Below the pieces are notes generated by a model. It saw only the letters and a program-made list of their open reading frames with translations. It was not told the origin of the DNA and did not search any database. A stretch of 64,000 bases of DNA. Origin: an uncultured virus (IMG/VR IMGVR_UViG_3300012041_000001) (lineage: Duplodnaviria; Heunggongvirae; Uroviricota; Caudoviricetes). The stretch lies in IMG/VR virus record IMGVR_UViG_3300012041_000001. The stretch is one strand, 5' to 3'. Both the position numbers and the translations under genes were made by a program. Shown piece by piece: positions 17,106-26,995 of the stretch. How positions within the stretch are numbered: the first letter of the stretch is position 1; each line of letters begins with the position of its first letter.

Positions 17106-17753
17106 TTAATTATACTCCAGATCCAGAATTTTTCCAACGAGATCACTTCTGTGATTCTCTTTAAGTTTAATCCACTCTATACCATCTAGCTTTTTACTTA
17201 GCTCAATAGCATAGCTAAGCCCATTATAAGACTCTTTGATATCTTTTTGTTCGTTATCACCATTGATGATAATCTTACCTGTCTTACCAAGTCTTGTTAA
17301 AAGGGACAACATCTCATGTTTAGTGAGGTTTTGTGCTTCTTCTATAACAAGAACATCATTGATAGTTTTCCCCCTAACAAATTGTACTGGAAAGGCTTTG
17401 ATCTGTTGTGTCTTAATGTAGTCCAAGATTCTAGTCTTGTCATAACACATCATCAAATTTTCTTGGAAGGCTTCCAAGTATGGATCGAATTTTTCTTTAA
17501 GGTCTCCAGGTAGGAAACCTAAGGAATTACCAACTTCAACTGCAGCCCTTGTCACATAGACAAGTTCACATTGTTTGGTCATCAAGAACTCAAGTGCAGT
17601 ATTAGCACATACTAATGATTTACCTGAACCTGCTCTCCCTGTGACTACAACAACCTGATTATCGATTATCAGTTGCTTCGCTTCTTTCTGTTCCTCATTA
17701 AGAGTAACATTAAAATGAATATCATTTTTTCTGGTTCTGTTTGCATCTTTCAT
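17106..17753 (-). CDS. phoH: PhoH-family ATPase
   Basis: GRAGSGKS, LGFLPGDLKEK, FVRGKT, EEAQN, LTRLG and HRS motifs. Confidence 0.95.
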   Translation of the reverse strand: MKDANRTRKNDIHFNVTLNEEQKEAKQLIIDNQVVVVTGRAGSGKSLVCANTALEFLMTKQCELVYVTRAAVEVGNSLGFLPGDLKEKFDPYLEAFQENLMMCYDKTRILDYIKTQQIKAFPVQFVRGKTINDVLVIEEAQNLTKHEMLSLLTRLGKTGKIIINGDNEQKDIKESYNGLSYAIELSKKLDGIEWIKLKENHRSDLVGKILDLEYN

Positions 17754-18154
17754 GACACGTTGAATTTAGTTAATACAAAGTTAATCCTTTCTTGGTACTT
17801 TTCATTAACAAATCCCCTTGTTTTTTTATCATGACACTCTAGACATACCAGTAGAATGTTTTCTGGTTCCCACGTTAAGTGTGGATACTTATTCTTCTCT
17901 AGCAGATGATCAAACATATATGTAAGAGGTTCTTGGCCTAAAGTCTTATTACATATCTCACATACATGTGGTTTCTTCTTCCATATAGACATAAAGAATT
18001 CGTTTCTCCTTTGTGCACTATTCTGTTTCCTAATCCCATCCCTAACTGGCTGCCTTAGGACTTTCTTACTAAAGGGAGTACGAGGGCTGTGCGACTGACA
18101 CAACCCTTTACTCCACACAGGGTTGTTACACCCTGTTTTACTACATGTTTTCAT
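17750..18154 (-). CDS. HNH endonuclease-like protein with Zn fingers
   Basis: CEICNK...FDHLLEK...NILLVCLECH. Confidence 0.75.
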   Translation of the reverse strand: MKTCSKTGCNNPVWSKGLCQSHSPRTPFSKKVLRQPVRDGIRKQNSAQRRNEFFMSIWKKKPHVCEICNKTLGQEPLTYMFDHLLEKNKYPHLTWEPENILLVCLECHDKKTRGFVNEKYQERINFVLTKFNVS

Positions 18155-18696
18155 AACAGATGACTACCTTGAAAATCTCCTCCTGTATGGTTAGCACCCT
18201 TTCTATTAAAGATTGCTCCTACAGTAGTAAATTCAACTACTTCAACCCATTCAGTAACTGGACGAGGAAGTATAACTAACTGTCCAATCCTATCACCAAC
18301 ATTATAGAGAGCTGTAGTATCAACATCATCCACATCTTCTTTACCAAAACAGATAAAATCATATGTCTCTGATATGTTACCATCAGACAGATCATTTGGA
18401 ATAGAGGCAAAATATCCAGCAGGCTTGAACCTAAGAATGATTTCATCTTTATCATTAGGATTGACAATTCCTATAGAGCTTGCCAACAACAAATCCTTCT
18501 TATAGTTATTACTCCTTGGAAATATCAAACCAACAAATCCCTCAGGGACTTCAATAGCTATTCCTGTTCCATACACAACATTACCTGCCTCATCAAACAC
18601 CTTAGATATGGCAACAAGGTCCATACCTACATCACCTGGCTTCATATACTGAGGAATATGAGCTTCAGGTACCAACTTCTTGATTTTTGCTTTCAT
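18151..18696 (-). CDS. Trimeric dUTPase-fold protein with degenerate motifs III and V
   Basis: GMDL, TGIAIEVPEGFVGLIFPRS and GDRIGQL are present. Motif III reads GIVNPNDKD and motif V RKGANHTG. Confidence 0.85.
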   Translation of the reverse strand: MKAKIKKLVPEAHIPQYMKPGDVGMDLVAISKVFDEAGNVVYGTGIAIEVPEGFVGLIFPRSNNYKKDLLLASSIGIVNPNDKDEIILRFKPAGYFASIPNDLSDGNISETYDFICFGKEDVDDVDTTALYNVGDRIGQLVILPRPVTEWVEVVEFTTVGAIFNRKGANHTGGDFQGSHLL

Positions 18697-19708
18697 CTTC
18701 TACTAAATTTTTATTTCTCAATTTGTCAACAATGGCTTGTTTTACCTCATTGTAGAAACCCTCTTCAGACAGTAAGTCTATAAAATCGTCTAGGGAATGT
18801 TTAACCTCATTAAAAGTAAAGGTACTGCCATATTTTCTTCCTAACTCAAGATCGTTGAGTAGGTCCATTATCTCTCCTCCCTTGTCTATCCCTAAACCAT
18901 AAATTATGGTAAAAGAGCATAATTTGAATGGAGGGCCCATTTTGTTCTTTATTACCTTAATTTTGGTAATATTCCCAATGGTCTCATCCCCATCTTTAGC
19001 AAGAGTCTTAGATACTTCAATTCTTACATCAGTGTAGAATTTAAGAGCATGCCCACCCTGTGTCACAGTGGGATTTCCAAACATTACACCAATTTTCTCT
19101 CTAAATTGAGAGATTACAATCATACACACGTTATTGTCAGCACATGCAGTTTTTAGTTTTGGATAAGCGTTATTATTCAATACCGCCTTCTTACCAATAG
19201 CACTATCACCTACATCACCATCTACCACCTTTTTAGGCATTAGCGATGAGTCGCTGTCAATGATAATTAGGTCAATTTCTCCAGTTTTGATGAGTTCCAG
19301 AGCTATCTGGAAGCCTTCTTCACCATTACTAGGCTGAGCTACAAGCATTTTGCTTATATCCACACCAAGGGCTTCAAAATAGATTTTATCAACAGCATGT
19401 TCGCCATCAATATAAGCTACTGTTCCTCCTTGTTTTTGACATTCTGCAGCTGCATGGGCACATATGGTAGATTTACCTGTGCCTTCCCACCCCATTAATT
19501 CGTAGACTTTTCCCCTAACAAATCCTCCTGTGCCTAAAGCTATGTGGTCAAAGCCTATGGATCCTGTACTGAATACATCATAGTCTCCCATGATGCCATC
19601 ATCTAATGTTAATACAGTTCCTTTTCCATAGGCTTTATCCAGCTTTTCTATGGCTTCCTCTAACTTGCTTTTTCCAGTACTAACTGGTTGCTTCTTTGGT
19701 CCTGCCAT
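18665..19708 (-). CDS. recA: RecA recombinase
   Basis: GWEGTGKST, YIDGEHA, IIIDS, QFREKIGVMFGNP, GGHALKFY and KNK motifs. Confidence 0.95.
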   Translation of the reverse strand: MAGPKKQPVSTGKSKLEEAIEKLDKAYGKGTVLTLDDGIMGDYDVFSTGSIGFDHIALGTGGFVRGKVYELMGWEGTGKSTICAHAAAECQKQGGTVAYIDGEHAVDKIYFEALGVDISKMLVAQPSNGEEGFQIALELIKTGEIDLIIIDSDSSLMPKKVVDGDVGDSAIGKKAVLNNNAYPKLKTACADNNVCMIVISQFREKIGVMFGNPTVTQGGHALKFYTDVRIEVSKTLAKDGDETIGNITKIKVIKNKMGPPFKLCSFTIIYGLGIDKGGEIMDLLNDLELGRKYGSTFTFNEVKHSLDDFIDLLSEEGFYNEVKQAIVDKLRNKNLVEDESKNQEVGT

Positions 19709-19935
19709 TTCATTTGTTTTTCAATTGTTTTCTCATCTTCAAAGATGTATCTATACTTCAGAGTTTTATACTCGTCTTCTATAAAATGATCAGCTTTCAG
19801 AGCTCTAAAGAACTTGAAAGTATCTGTAGTTTCTACAGCCAGAATGAAGTGAGTTTCACAATAACCACATACTACTCCTTGATAGCTTTCATGTACTATC
19901 AGAGTATCCTTAAACGTCTGGAACAGCTTTTCCAT
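19660..19935 (-). CDS. Hypothetical protein
   Basis: Tightly packed ORF in the operon. Confidence 0.6.
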   Translation of the reverse strand: MEKLFQTFKDTLIVHESYQGVVCGYCETHFILAVETTDTFKFFRALKADHFIEDEYKTLKYRYIFEDEKTIEKQMKWQDQRSNQLVLEKAS

Positions 19936-20128
19936 GATGTAGTTCTTTTAAGTCCTTTTCTGCTTTCTCCCACCAATCTTTCTCATATCCATATTCATTC
20001 CTACATTCATCATTTTTGCAGGATAAGTGCTTTATAAAATACATTGCACTTGTCATTTCACAGAACTTAATAGTCTCTTCTGTACCAAACTGGCCTTTCA
20101 GCCTATCCAAAATTTCTTGGTTATACAT
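19910..20128 (-). CDS. Hypothetical protein
   Basis: Tightly packed ORF in the operon. Confidence 0.6.
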   Translation of the reverse strand: MYNQEILDRLKGQFGTEETIKFCEMTSAMYFIKHLSCKNDECRNEYGYEKDWWEKAEKDLKELHHGKAVPDV

Positions 20129-20738
20129 ACTGTTTTAATTTAACACTGGTTAATACTTCTCTTTCTACATCATAGGCTTCCCAGACTTCTTGATCTGGAC
20201 CTAATACAAGACCTATTTTATCTTCCCAATAGTTAATTAGGTCTTTGGTTTTGTTAAAAACTCTATATTGCAAAGACACCTCGTCTGTTACAACCCCACT
20301 ACGCATAATCTTTGTTGTTTTAGGAAACTCTCCTTGAAATTTCTTAGAAGTTTTTGAATATCTGCCTTGTTTTACCAAGTCAAAATCATCTATGAATCTC
20401 TTATCAAGTTTATATACAACAACAACGAAACCTTTCCCATAATCATAGTCATCTACGATATTGGTAGTTCTTTCATATTCTTCGTTCAAGAAAGCCCTGA
20501 AAGTATGTAAATTATCAGGCTTGAACAGTAAATACACTGAATTCAGATAAGGAACATCTTGATCCTCATCATATTCATACGCATTAATAAACCCATTCTC
20601 AGTAAGTTTCTCCTTTGAAATCTTCAGTGTGGGGAGCATAAATACTGTAGAAATGGTTTTTTTAAGTGGTTCCATTAGATTTAATGTTAACGAATCCTTT
20701 GGATTCATAATTCTTTTTGCTAATAGACCATATGTCAT
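20121..20738 (-). CDS. Hypothetical protein (start probably near MEPLKKT)
   Basis: ORF directly downstream of the nuclease gene. Confidence 0.7.
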   Translation of the reverse strand: MTYGLLAKRIMNPKDSLTLNLMEPLKKTISTVFMLPTLKISKEKLTENGFINAYEYDEDQDVPYLNSVYLLFKPDNLHTFRAFLNEEYERTTNIVDDYDYGKGFVVVVYKLDKRFIDDFDLVKQGRYSKTSKKFQGEFPKTTKIMRSGVVTDEVSLQYRVFNKTKDLINYWEDKIGLVLGPDQEVWEAYDVEREVLTSVKLKQYV

Positions 20739-21732
20739 TTTCCTGGGCCCATTTCAGCTCCTCAATCAGTTCTTTCACTCCAGGATACTGTCTGTCTCCT
20801 TTTGTGAAGCCTCGATAAGCATCATACATGTCCTTATACTCTAATGTATAAATGAGTGGACTGTAATAATTAATGCTGTCACATACAATAAACTGAGGAT
20901 ACTCAACATGATACTTGTACCAAGGACTGGTTTTCTGTTCAACCAGCCACTCTATGGCTTTAAAATACAAAAGTGCTTGGATATAGGCTCTTCTATATAA
21001 GTAGTACTCATTATAGAAGTTCTCTACAGACCAAACACATTTTAAATCATATATCATTATCCTTTTCTCGTTGTGATCAACAATAACTTTGTCAAGCATT
21101 GATTTGAACTTATGTCCATCAACAATATAGTCATCTACTACGAATTGATTAGATACAGTATATCTACTGCTGGTCACCATATTAATGATGTCCTTAGTAA
21201 ATTCATTTGTCTGTAACTCTTCAACAATTTTTTCAGCATTGGTCACATCCTGAGTTGTTATTACAGTAAGATTTCTGGAGCGTACCTCTCTGATCTCTCT
21301 GTAGTAAATCTCAGCATCACTGCCAATAAACTTATTCAATACTGTTTCTTCAGCAAGTTTGAACCCTGAAGCTATATAAGCCTCATGTGCAAGATCTTTA
21401 AATTCTCTGGTTACTACACCAAATCCATCTGTTGCTTCAGTAGTGACTTTATACAGAGCTTCGACGAATTCTAACATTAGTCCTGTAGGCACTGATGCTG
21501 TTGAGGACATATAGAATCTGTTGTCGAACTCTTCTGGCTGTAGCAATAATGTTTCTACAAGCCTACCCATGTTGGCAGCAAGATTTTCTTTCTCTTCTAC
21601 CTTTTCACGTAACACGTACTTTTTGTAGTACTTTCTTCTATCTAAGCTAAAATCCTTTAGCGAAGAAGAGCTATCTGTTTCGATAGCTCTATATTTACGT
21701 TCTTCTGCTGTTTTGTTTACTCCCTTAATCAT
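20662..21732 (-). CDS. PD-(D/E)XK exonuclease (RecE/DUF3799-like)
   Basis: SSSSLKDF at the N-terminus, KSMLDKVIVD...IYDLKC and YIQALLY. Confidence 0.8.
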   Translation of the reverse strand: MIKGVNKTAEERKYRAIETDSSSSLKDFSLDRRKYYKKYVLREKVEEKENLAANMGRLVETLLLQPEEFDNRFYMSSTASVPTGLMLEFVEALYKVTTEATDGFGVVTREFKDLAHEAYIASGFKLAEETVLNKFIGSDAEIYYREIREVRSRNLTVITTQDVTNAEKIVEELQTNEFTKDIINMVTSSRYTVSNQFVVDDYIVDGHKFKSMLDKVIVDHNEKRIMIYDLKCVWSVENFYNEYYLYRRAYIQALLYFKAIEWLVEQKTSPWYKYHVEYPQFIVCDSINYYSPLIYTLEYKDMYDAYRGFTKGDRQYPGVKELIEELKWAQENDIWSISKKNYESKGFVNIKSNGTT

Positions 21733-21973
21733 GTTCTACTAAATTAGGTATCCATTTATAAGCGTTTAAATGATAGCTTTTGCCATCTTCAAAATTACTT
21801 TTATACTCTTTAGAAGTATAAACTAGTTTGTCTACTAGATCTTTTGGGGTAAGGGTCATAACTCCTCCCTCGTACACGACATTAATGTCCTCCATATTTT
21901 TAATAGCTTTCTTTACATCATAGTCTTTTAAAAATATGTTGCCCTTATGGCTGCTGGTTACTTTTCTTCTCAT
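21725..21973 (-). CDS. Hypothetical protein
   Basis: 82-aa ORF in the operon. Confidence 0.6.
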   Translation of the reverse strand: MRRKVTSSHKGNIFLKDYDVKKAIKNMEDINVVYEGGVMTLTPKDLVDKLVYTSKEYKSNFEDGKSYHLNAYKWIPNLVEHD

Positions 21974-22367
21974 TTTTTGTGTTTTTATTATCGATTAAAC
22001 TTTTTGCATCGTGGCAAGTTTTACATAGCACCTGGAAATTATCAACCTCACAAAACAATCCCTCTATAAAACTAGGCAAATCTGCAGCACATGTCAGGCT
22101 GCCTACAGGAACTATATGGTCCACAGCTATTTCAGTAGCTTTAAACCAGTTCTTGCAGTGATTGCATTGGTACTCATATTTTTGTCTTGTATTAGTTCCC
22201 ACATATTTACGTTTAGCACGATCTCTACATAGGGTTATTGGTCTCCAGGCTAAGCTCCTCTTTCTGAGTGTGTTTCTGATGAACTGCCAGAAGACAGCCT
22301 CACTCATTGTACCTGCATTTCTATTTTTAATTACTTTACTCACTCTCTTTGTTACTGTTCTTTTCAT
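21945..22367 (-). CDS. HNH endonuclease
   Basis: CNHC...VDHIVP...NFQVLCKTCH. Confidence 0.85.
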   Translation of the reverse strand: MKRTVTKRVSKVIKNRNAGTMSEAVFWQFIRNTLRKRSLAWRPITLCRDRAKRKYVGTNTRQKYEYQCNHCKNWFKATEIAVDHIVPVGSLTCAADLPSFIEGLFCEVDNFQVLCKTCHDAKSLIDNKNTKNEKKSNQQP

Positions 22368-22427
22368 AATTAAAAATTTAAAGAAAGGGGATTTAAAGTT
22401 ACGAAAACCTAACCCCCTTTCAAAGGA

Positions 22428-23798
22428 TTATTGAACTAAACTTACTCTCTTACTGATAGTTTTTTTCATTTCGTTTAATGAAAGAACTATACTGTTAATC
22501 TCTGCAGTAGAGATGGAAGGAAGATTGTAAGAATACTTTTTAGACTCAGTTGTGAACCCTTCCTTAGCTCTGTCAGCTAATTCTTCTAGTTCTCTGATAG
22601 CGTAGTCCTCATCCAACTCAAGAGTATCAAAGTCCACATCGTGCAGAATTTTGGTAGCTTCTTCAGTTGGTACAGTCATTATTGGAAGATACTCATAGCA
22701 TCTACCTTTGTGAGTACCAATACCCACAACTTTCATTGGATTAATCAAGATGAGGACTGATGTGTCACCACATCCTACATAATGAATCTGATCTGCTGTG
22801 AAATGCAATCCTGCATGAGCACAGTCAGCTGTACTCCAGTTACATTTCTCCATAGGCATGTTCACTACCTGTCCTACTCTGATATCAAAGGTACCAGTAT
22901 GAGCATCTGTGAATCTATTCTCTGCCATATTTGGTAGGTCAAGATACAAATCCACTAAATCTCCAACAATAATACTGTTAGTAGGAGTTTCTTTAAGTTC
23001 TAAACAATATTCTCCACCTTTCTGTACAACTCTGTAGGCGCTAGGATTCTTTTTCCACACAGCTTTTACCTTGTTATAAGCATTGCTTACAAACTGTACA
23101 AGCTCATTGTCTTTCCCAGCAGGCAGAGTTACCACATTTCTAAGTGCAACAAAGAAACCTTGCTTAGTAATTCTGAAACTGTTGTCAGTCAAGAAGTTAT
23201 ACAACTGTGCTGCTACTTCAGCTCTTGGATTCAAACAACACCACATAAAGAAATTCTTTAGTGATTGATACTCTTCATCTGCTTCTAAAGCATCTTCAAT
23301 ATCATCAAGAGGTGCATTTTTGTATTTCCCAACCACTTCAGTGAATTTCCCAACTAGTAGTTGGGGAATACTTCTGCTTGTTCCTGTAAGATAAAGAGAA
23401 CCATCTTTTAATTCAAAGTCTCTAAGCTGACCAAGCATTTTAAAACCATCAGCTATTGCTGTTAGCCTTACTGCTTCTTTCTCTTGAGCATATCTCTCTG
23501 CAGCAACTTCTCTGTCACCAATAACTGCAAAAATTTCATCTCTGGTTTTAGCTACTTTAACTCTCTCATAATGCTCTTCTGTTGCAACAGCTTTATTAAC
23601 AACAGATCCATCTCTAAGCACTACTGTCAAACTATCATTTACAAGCTTGATAGTAAGATAGGGGGGTTCATTTGATACTGGCTGATTGTCATCATCAGCC
23701 AGTTTCTCAATCATTTTGTCAATTCGAGTATCTAATACTCTGTCTACAGCAGTTTCCATTTTCTGCTTGAACCAATTTAAACTAAAAAACTTTTCCAT
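22428..23798 (-). CDS. rIIB: rIIB-like protein
   Basis: NP....QLYNFL...ITKQGFFVALRNV...DAHTGTF..VGQVVNMP...C..GLH...INPMKVV...KGRCYEY. Adjacent to rIIA. Confidence 0.85.
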   Translation of the reverse strand: MEKFFSLNWFKQKMETAVDRVLDTRIDKMIEKLADDDNQPVSNEPPYLTIKLVNDSLTVVLRDGSVVNKAVATEEHYERVKVAKTRDEIFAVIGDREVAAERYAQEKEAVRLTAIADGFKMLGQLRDFELKDGSLYLTGTSRSIPQLLVGKFTEVVGKYKNAPLDDIEDALEADEEYQSLKNFFMWCCLNPRAEVAAQLYNFLTDNSFRITKQGFFVALRNVVTLPAGKDNELVQFVSNAYNKVKAVWKKNPSAYRVVQKGGEYCLELKETPTNSIIVGDLVDLYLDLPNMAENRFTDAHTGTFDIRVGQVVNMPMEKCNWSTADCAHAGLHFTADQIHYVGCGDTSVLILINPMKVVGIGTHKGRCYEYLPIMTVPTEEATKILHDVDFDTLELDEDYAIRELEELADRAKEGFTTESKKYSYNLPSISTAEINSIVLSLNEMKKTISKRVSLVQ

Positions 23799-23801
23799 TT
23801 T

Positions 23802-26132
23802 TTAAGGGTTTTGTGTTAATTCTTCTATTGTTTCGTCAGTTATCTGGTCCAAGATGTCTGTGTCTTGGTTAAGGACCAGGTGGTAGTTAGTGTAATCAAT
23901 TCTAATTCTATGATACTTAAACAAATCAACCAGCACATTAACATAGCGTTCATGACCTGGTTGAGCTGAATAAGAAGGTAGTACATCCATAGAAGTTTCT
24001 ATGAAAGGAAATGTCTCCAACAGTTCTTTAATCTGTTGATACTCAGTATAAATTGTTTCATCAAATAAGTTATGCTGATTAGCAATAACTAACATAGATT
24101 CATAGATTCTCTCATCAGCATGTCCATTATAATTAGTTTTGTTATAAGCTAATAACTCATCTAATTGTTTGTGTAATCTTTTACTAACTGTTTTAAGTAA
24201 ATACACTTTAGAAAATGTATAAGGATATTTATCTATGAGCTTATGAATCAAATAGGCTGTAATTAGCCTTTTAAAAGGCTTGTTTTTCCCTTCCATAAAT
24301 TTTTCAATAGTAATAAAATTGTGAATATCCAATGTTTGTGCTACTTTGTATTCTCTTTCAGAGAGTACAAGATACTCAATCTTCTGTTTACTGGAAATTG
24401 CAAACAAACCATCAAATGTTGCTTCACTGTCCTGTTTTCCATACACAAGAAGCTTTTTGTGTGAAGATATATCTGCCACATTAAGAACTTTAGGTGTCAG
24501 CTTAGAGTTCTTGCCATGAACATATCTCTGCAAATCATCAGTTACTCTACAGTTGATTTCTCCCTGAAGTTTTACTCGTTTAGTTCCTCCAACAGCTGTA
24601 GATACTCTTTTTCTCTTTCTTGCATCTAACCAAGATTGAGCAATTGGTGTACTGTCAACATCTTTGAAGTCTTTAGTAAGCTCTTCTACAATTCTCTGGA
24701 ATTCCTGAATACGATCTCTCCAAGTGTTTCTTGGATAAAGATGTAAATTTAGCATAGACATATAATTGTCATAAGAATGACTTTTATCTTTGTTTTTAAG
24801 ATGAAACTCTCTGTTTTTCTTAACAAATCTGATGTTCTCATAACTATTGAGCGGCAATAGAGATTTAATAAAGGATTTTTTGTTTCCTGTAAATGTCTCA
24901 TCATAAACCCAAATTTTCTGTGGATCCTTAGCATTACTGTAATTCAACTGTTTGTCATAATAACCAACAGTCTGTCTGAATTGTCCTCTTGTATAATTAA
25001 TATTAGTGGTATATTCATAGAACAGATAGTCTTTGTTTCTATACAATATAGAAAAGTCAGTTAATGTATAATCCTTATACTCAGGTTTATTAAACTTTTT
25101 GTTAGTATAGACAGAAAGCTTACTGGCATCAATAGTTGTATTACCAATGATAACATTTCTGTTAGAATAACCATAGTAATTAAAGATTTCATGAATGTCC
25201 TTACAATCAATACTATTCTCATTATACTTATCAAAGAAATAATCAGACACTTTAGTGATTTTATCCAAGATAGTTTTCTTAGCCTGAGCTGTATATATCA
25301 ATTGCTCTCTGTTAGGAGTTGGAAATAATCCATCACTCAAACCAAATCTTAAACCAATAGGGATATTGATATTGTTAATACCAAGTTTAGCAAAATCCAT
25401 TGGGTAATATACATTATCCAAACAGATATGCATAAACTGATCAGTATTCATTTCTGACAATTGAAAATCTTCTCCTCTATGGATAATAAACTCATTTGTC
25501 ACAATATTATTCTGAACATTGACATCAAAATACACACTCTCGAAATATGCTAACTGATTTCTGATTTTCTCTAAGAAAGTATGTCTATCATTAATCTTCA
25601 CTGGTACAATAATCTTCACCCCATTTCTTTCCTCTGTGGATGTTTCGTAAAGCAGGTCAATAGTATTCACATCCTCTCCTTCATACATCATATATTTACG
25701 CTCTATCCCATCTTTTCTACATACAAAGAAGAAAGTACTGCAGTAGGCCAATGGGGACTTGAATCCAAGCCCCATCATGCCTATTTCTGTATTACTTTCT
25801 CTTTTGGTAGATTTACCATACTTACTGATAATGTTTTCCACATCGTCAGCATCCAAACCAGTTCCAAAATCTTCTACAGAGAATTCATAGTTGTTCTCCT
25901 TATTGATTTTAAGGGAGACAATAATGGCATCTGTTACCCCAGCTCTTCTATGGCTGTCAAGAGCGTTGCTCGCACACTCTCTGACAGTAGAGCCTATAGG
26001 ATCTGAATAAAGATTCTTACTTAACATCTGCATCAATACCTGTGCAGAATCTAAGTCTAGTGACATTCCAATACTCTCCTTCGCTTGCCCTACCTCTAAT
26101 ACCTTAGACTGGGCTTGTTTTTCTTGAATCAT
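23802..26132 (-). CDS. rIIA: rIIA-like protein (N-terminal GHKL/HATPase domain)
   Basis: LSKNLYSDP...RECASNALDSH, VEDFGTGL, YGKSTK, GMMGLGFKSP and PNREQL. Confidence 0.9.
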   Translation of the reverse strand: MIQEKQAQSKVLEVGQAKESIGMSLDLDSAQVLMQMLSKNLYSDPIGSTVRECASNALDSHRRAGVTDAIIVSLKINKENNYEFSVEDFGTGLDADDVENIISKYGKSTKRESNTEIGMMGLGFKSPLAYCSTFFFVCRKDGIERKYMMYEGEDVNTIDLLYETSTEERNGVKIIVPVKINDRHTFLEKIRNQLAYFESVYFDVNVQNNIVTNEFIIHRGEDFQLSEMNTDQFMHICLDNVYYPMDFAKLGINNINIPIGLRFGLSDGLFPTPNREQLIYTAQAKKTILDKITKVSDYFFDKYNENSIDCKDIHEIFNYYGYSNRNVIIGNTTIDASKLSVYTNKKFNKPEYKDYTLTDFSILYRNKDYLFYEYTTNINYTRGQFRQTVGYYDKQLNYSNAKDPQKIWVYDETFTGNKKSFIKSLLPLNSYENIRFVKKNREFHLKNKDKSHSYDNYMSMLNLHLYPRNTWRDRIQEFQRIVEELTKDFKDVDSTPIAQSWLDARKRKRVSTAVGGTKRVKLQGEINCRVTDDLQRYVHGKNSKLTPKVLNVADISSHKKLLVYGKQDSEATFDGLFAISSKQKIEYLVLSEREYKVAQTLDIHNFITIEKFMEGKNKPFKRLITAYLIHKLIDKYPYTFSKVYLLKTVSKRLHKQLDELLAYNKTNYNGHADERIYESMLVIANQHNLFDETIYTEYQQIKELLETFPFIETSMDVLPSYSAQPGHERYVNVLVDLFKYHRIRIDYTNYHLVLNQDTDILDQITDETIEELTQNP

Positions 26133-26514
26133 AACTTAATTCTTTTAAAAATTTCATATCTTTTAATATTCTTTCAGCTACTAAATAATTCTGTAAATCC
26201 TCTCCAGTGAATACATCATCTGGACACGTAATCTTAAGAACACGATTAGCATGATTGCTTCTAACATAGGCTTTACTAATGTGATCAAGGGTAAACCCTT
26301 TTCTGTCTTTAGGAAAAGTTGAACCACCAGGTTGGGTAGTTCTTATACTATAAGTTTTAAAATCCCAAAGAATATTACGAGGACTAACAAATTGAATAGT
26401 TCCAGATTTACCATTTCCACTATACCATCCAAACGCCAATCCCCAACTGTTTCCTAAGCATATGAAGTCTCCTATTTGTAGGGTTCCTCCATATTTTATT
26501 GTACTCGTTATCAT
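26104..26514 (-). CDS. Hypothetical protein (paralogue of 26511..26942)
   Basis: Shared GG.L..GDF.......FGWY...G..G..Q motif. Confidence 0.7.
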   Translation of the reverse strand: MITSTIKYGGTLQIGDFICLGNSWGLAFGWYSGNGKSGTIQFVSPRNILWDFKTYSIRTTQPGGSTFPKDRKGFTLDHISKAYVRSNHANRVLKITCPDDVFTGEDLQNYLVAERILKDMKFLKELSYDSRKTSPV

Positions 26515-26942
26515 TTTGCTGGAAAATTTATGTCATTTAATACCTTTTTACTGGAAAGATACAATAACTCTTGCTCTGTACCCTTTAAGAATTCCTCAGG
26601 ATTAGGAACTTTGAAAGCTCTGTTGGTATCACCACTGTAACTTACTATAAAATCTTTTCTAAAATTTCTGAACTGTAAACCTTTTCCAAATTGCTTATCC
26701 CAATAAGGACTTGCAGTTTTACCTTTCAGATATTCATTATACTGTTCCTTTACCCTTTCAGGTTCATTAATTGATAAGTATTGCAAAGAACCATACTGTC
26801 CTTGCTGTACATACCAACCAAATACAATACAGTGGTTGTAGGCTACACCTACAAAATCACCAGGAGCTAAATCTCCTCCAATGTTTAGTGTTACTGTTTT
26901 CATTTTGTTGATTTTTTCATTCATTAATACTTGTTTTTGCAT
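26511..26942 (-). CDS. Hypothetical protein (paralogue of 26104..26514)
   Basis: Same motif. The start may be at MKTVTL. Confidence 0.7.
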   Translation of the reverse strand: MQKQVLMNEKINKMKTVTLNIGGDLAPGDFVGVAYNHCIVFGWYVQQGQYGSLQYLSINEPERVKEQYNEYLKGKTASPYWDKQFGKGLQFRNFRKDFIVSYSGDTNRAFKVPNPEEFLKGTEQELLYLSSKKVLNDINFPAK

Positions 26943-26995
26943 ATAATGATTGTTATTTCAATCATTTTAGCTGTTTTTGCATATAATAACAGACA

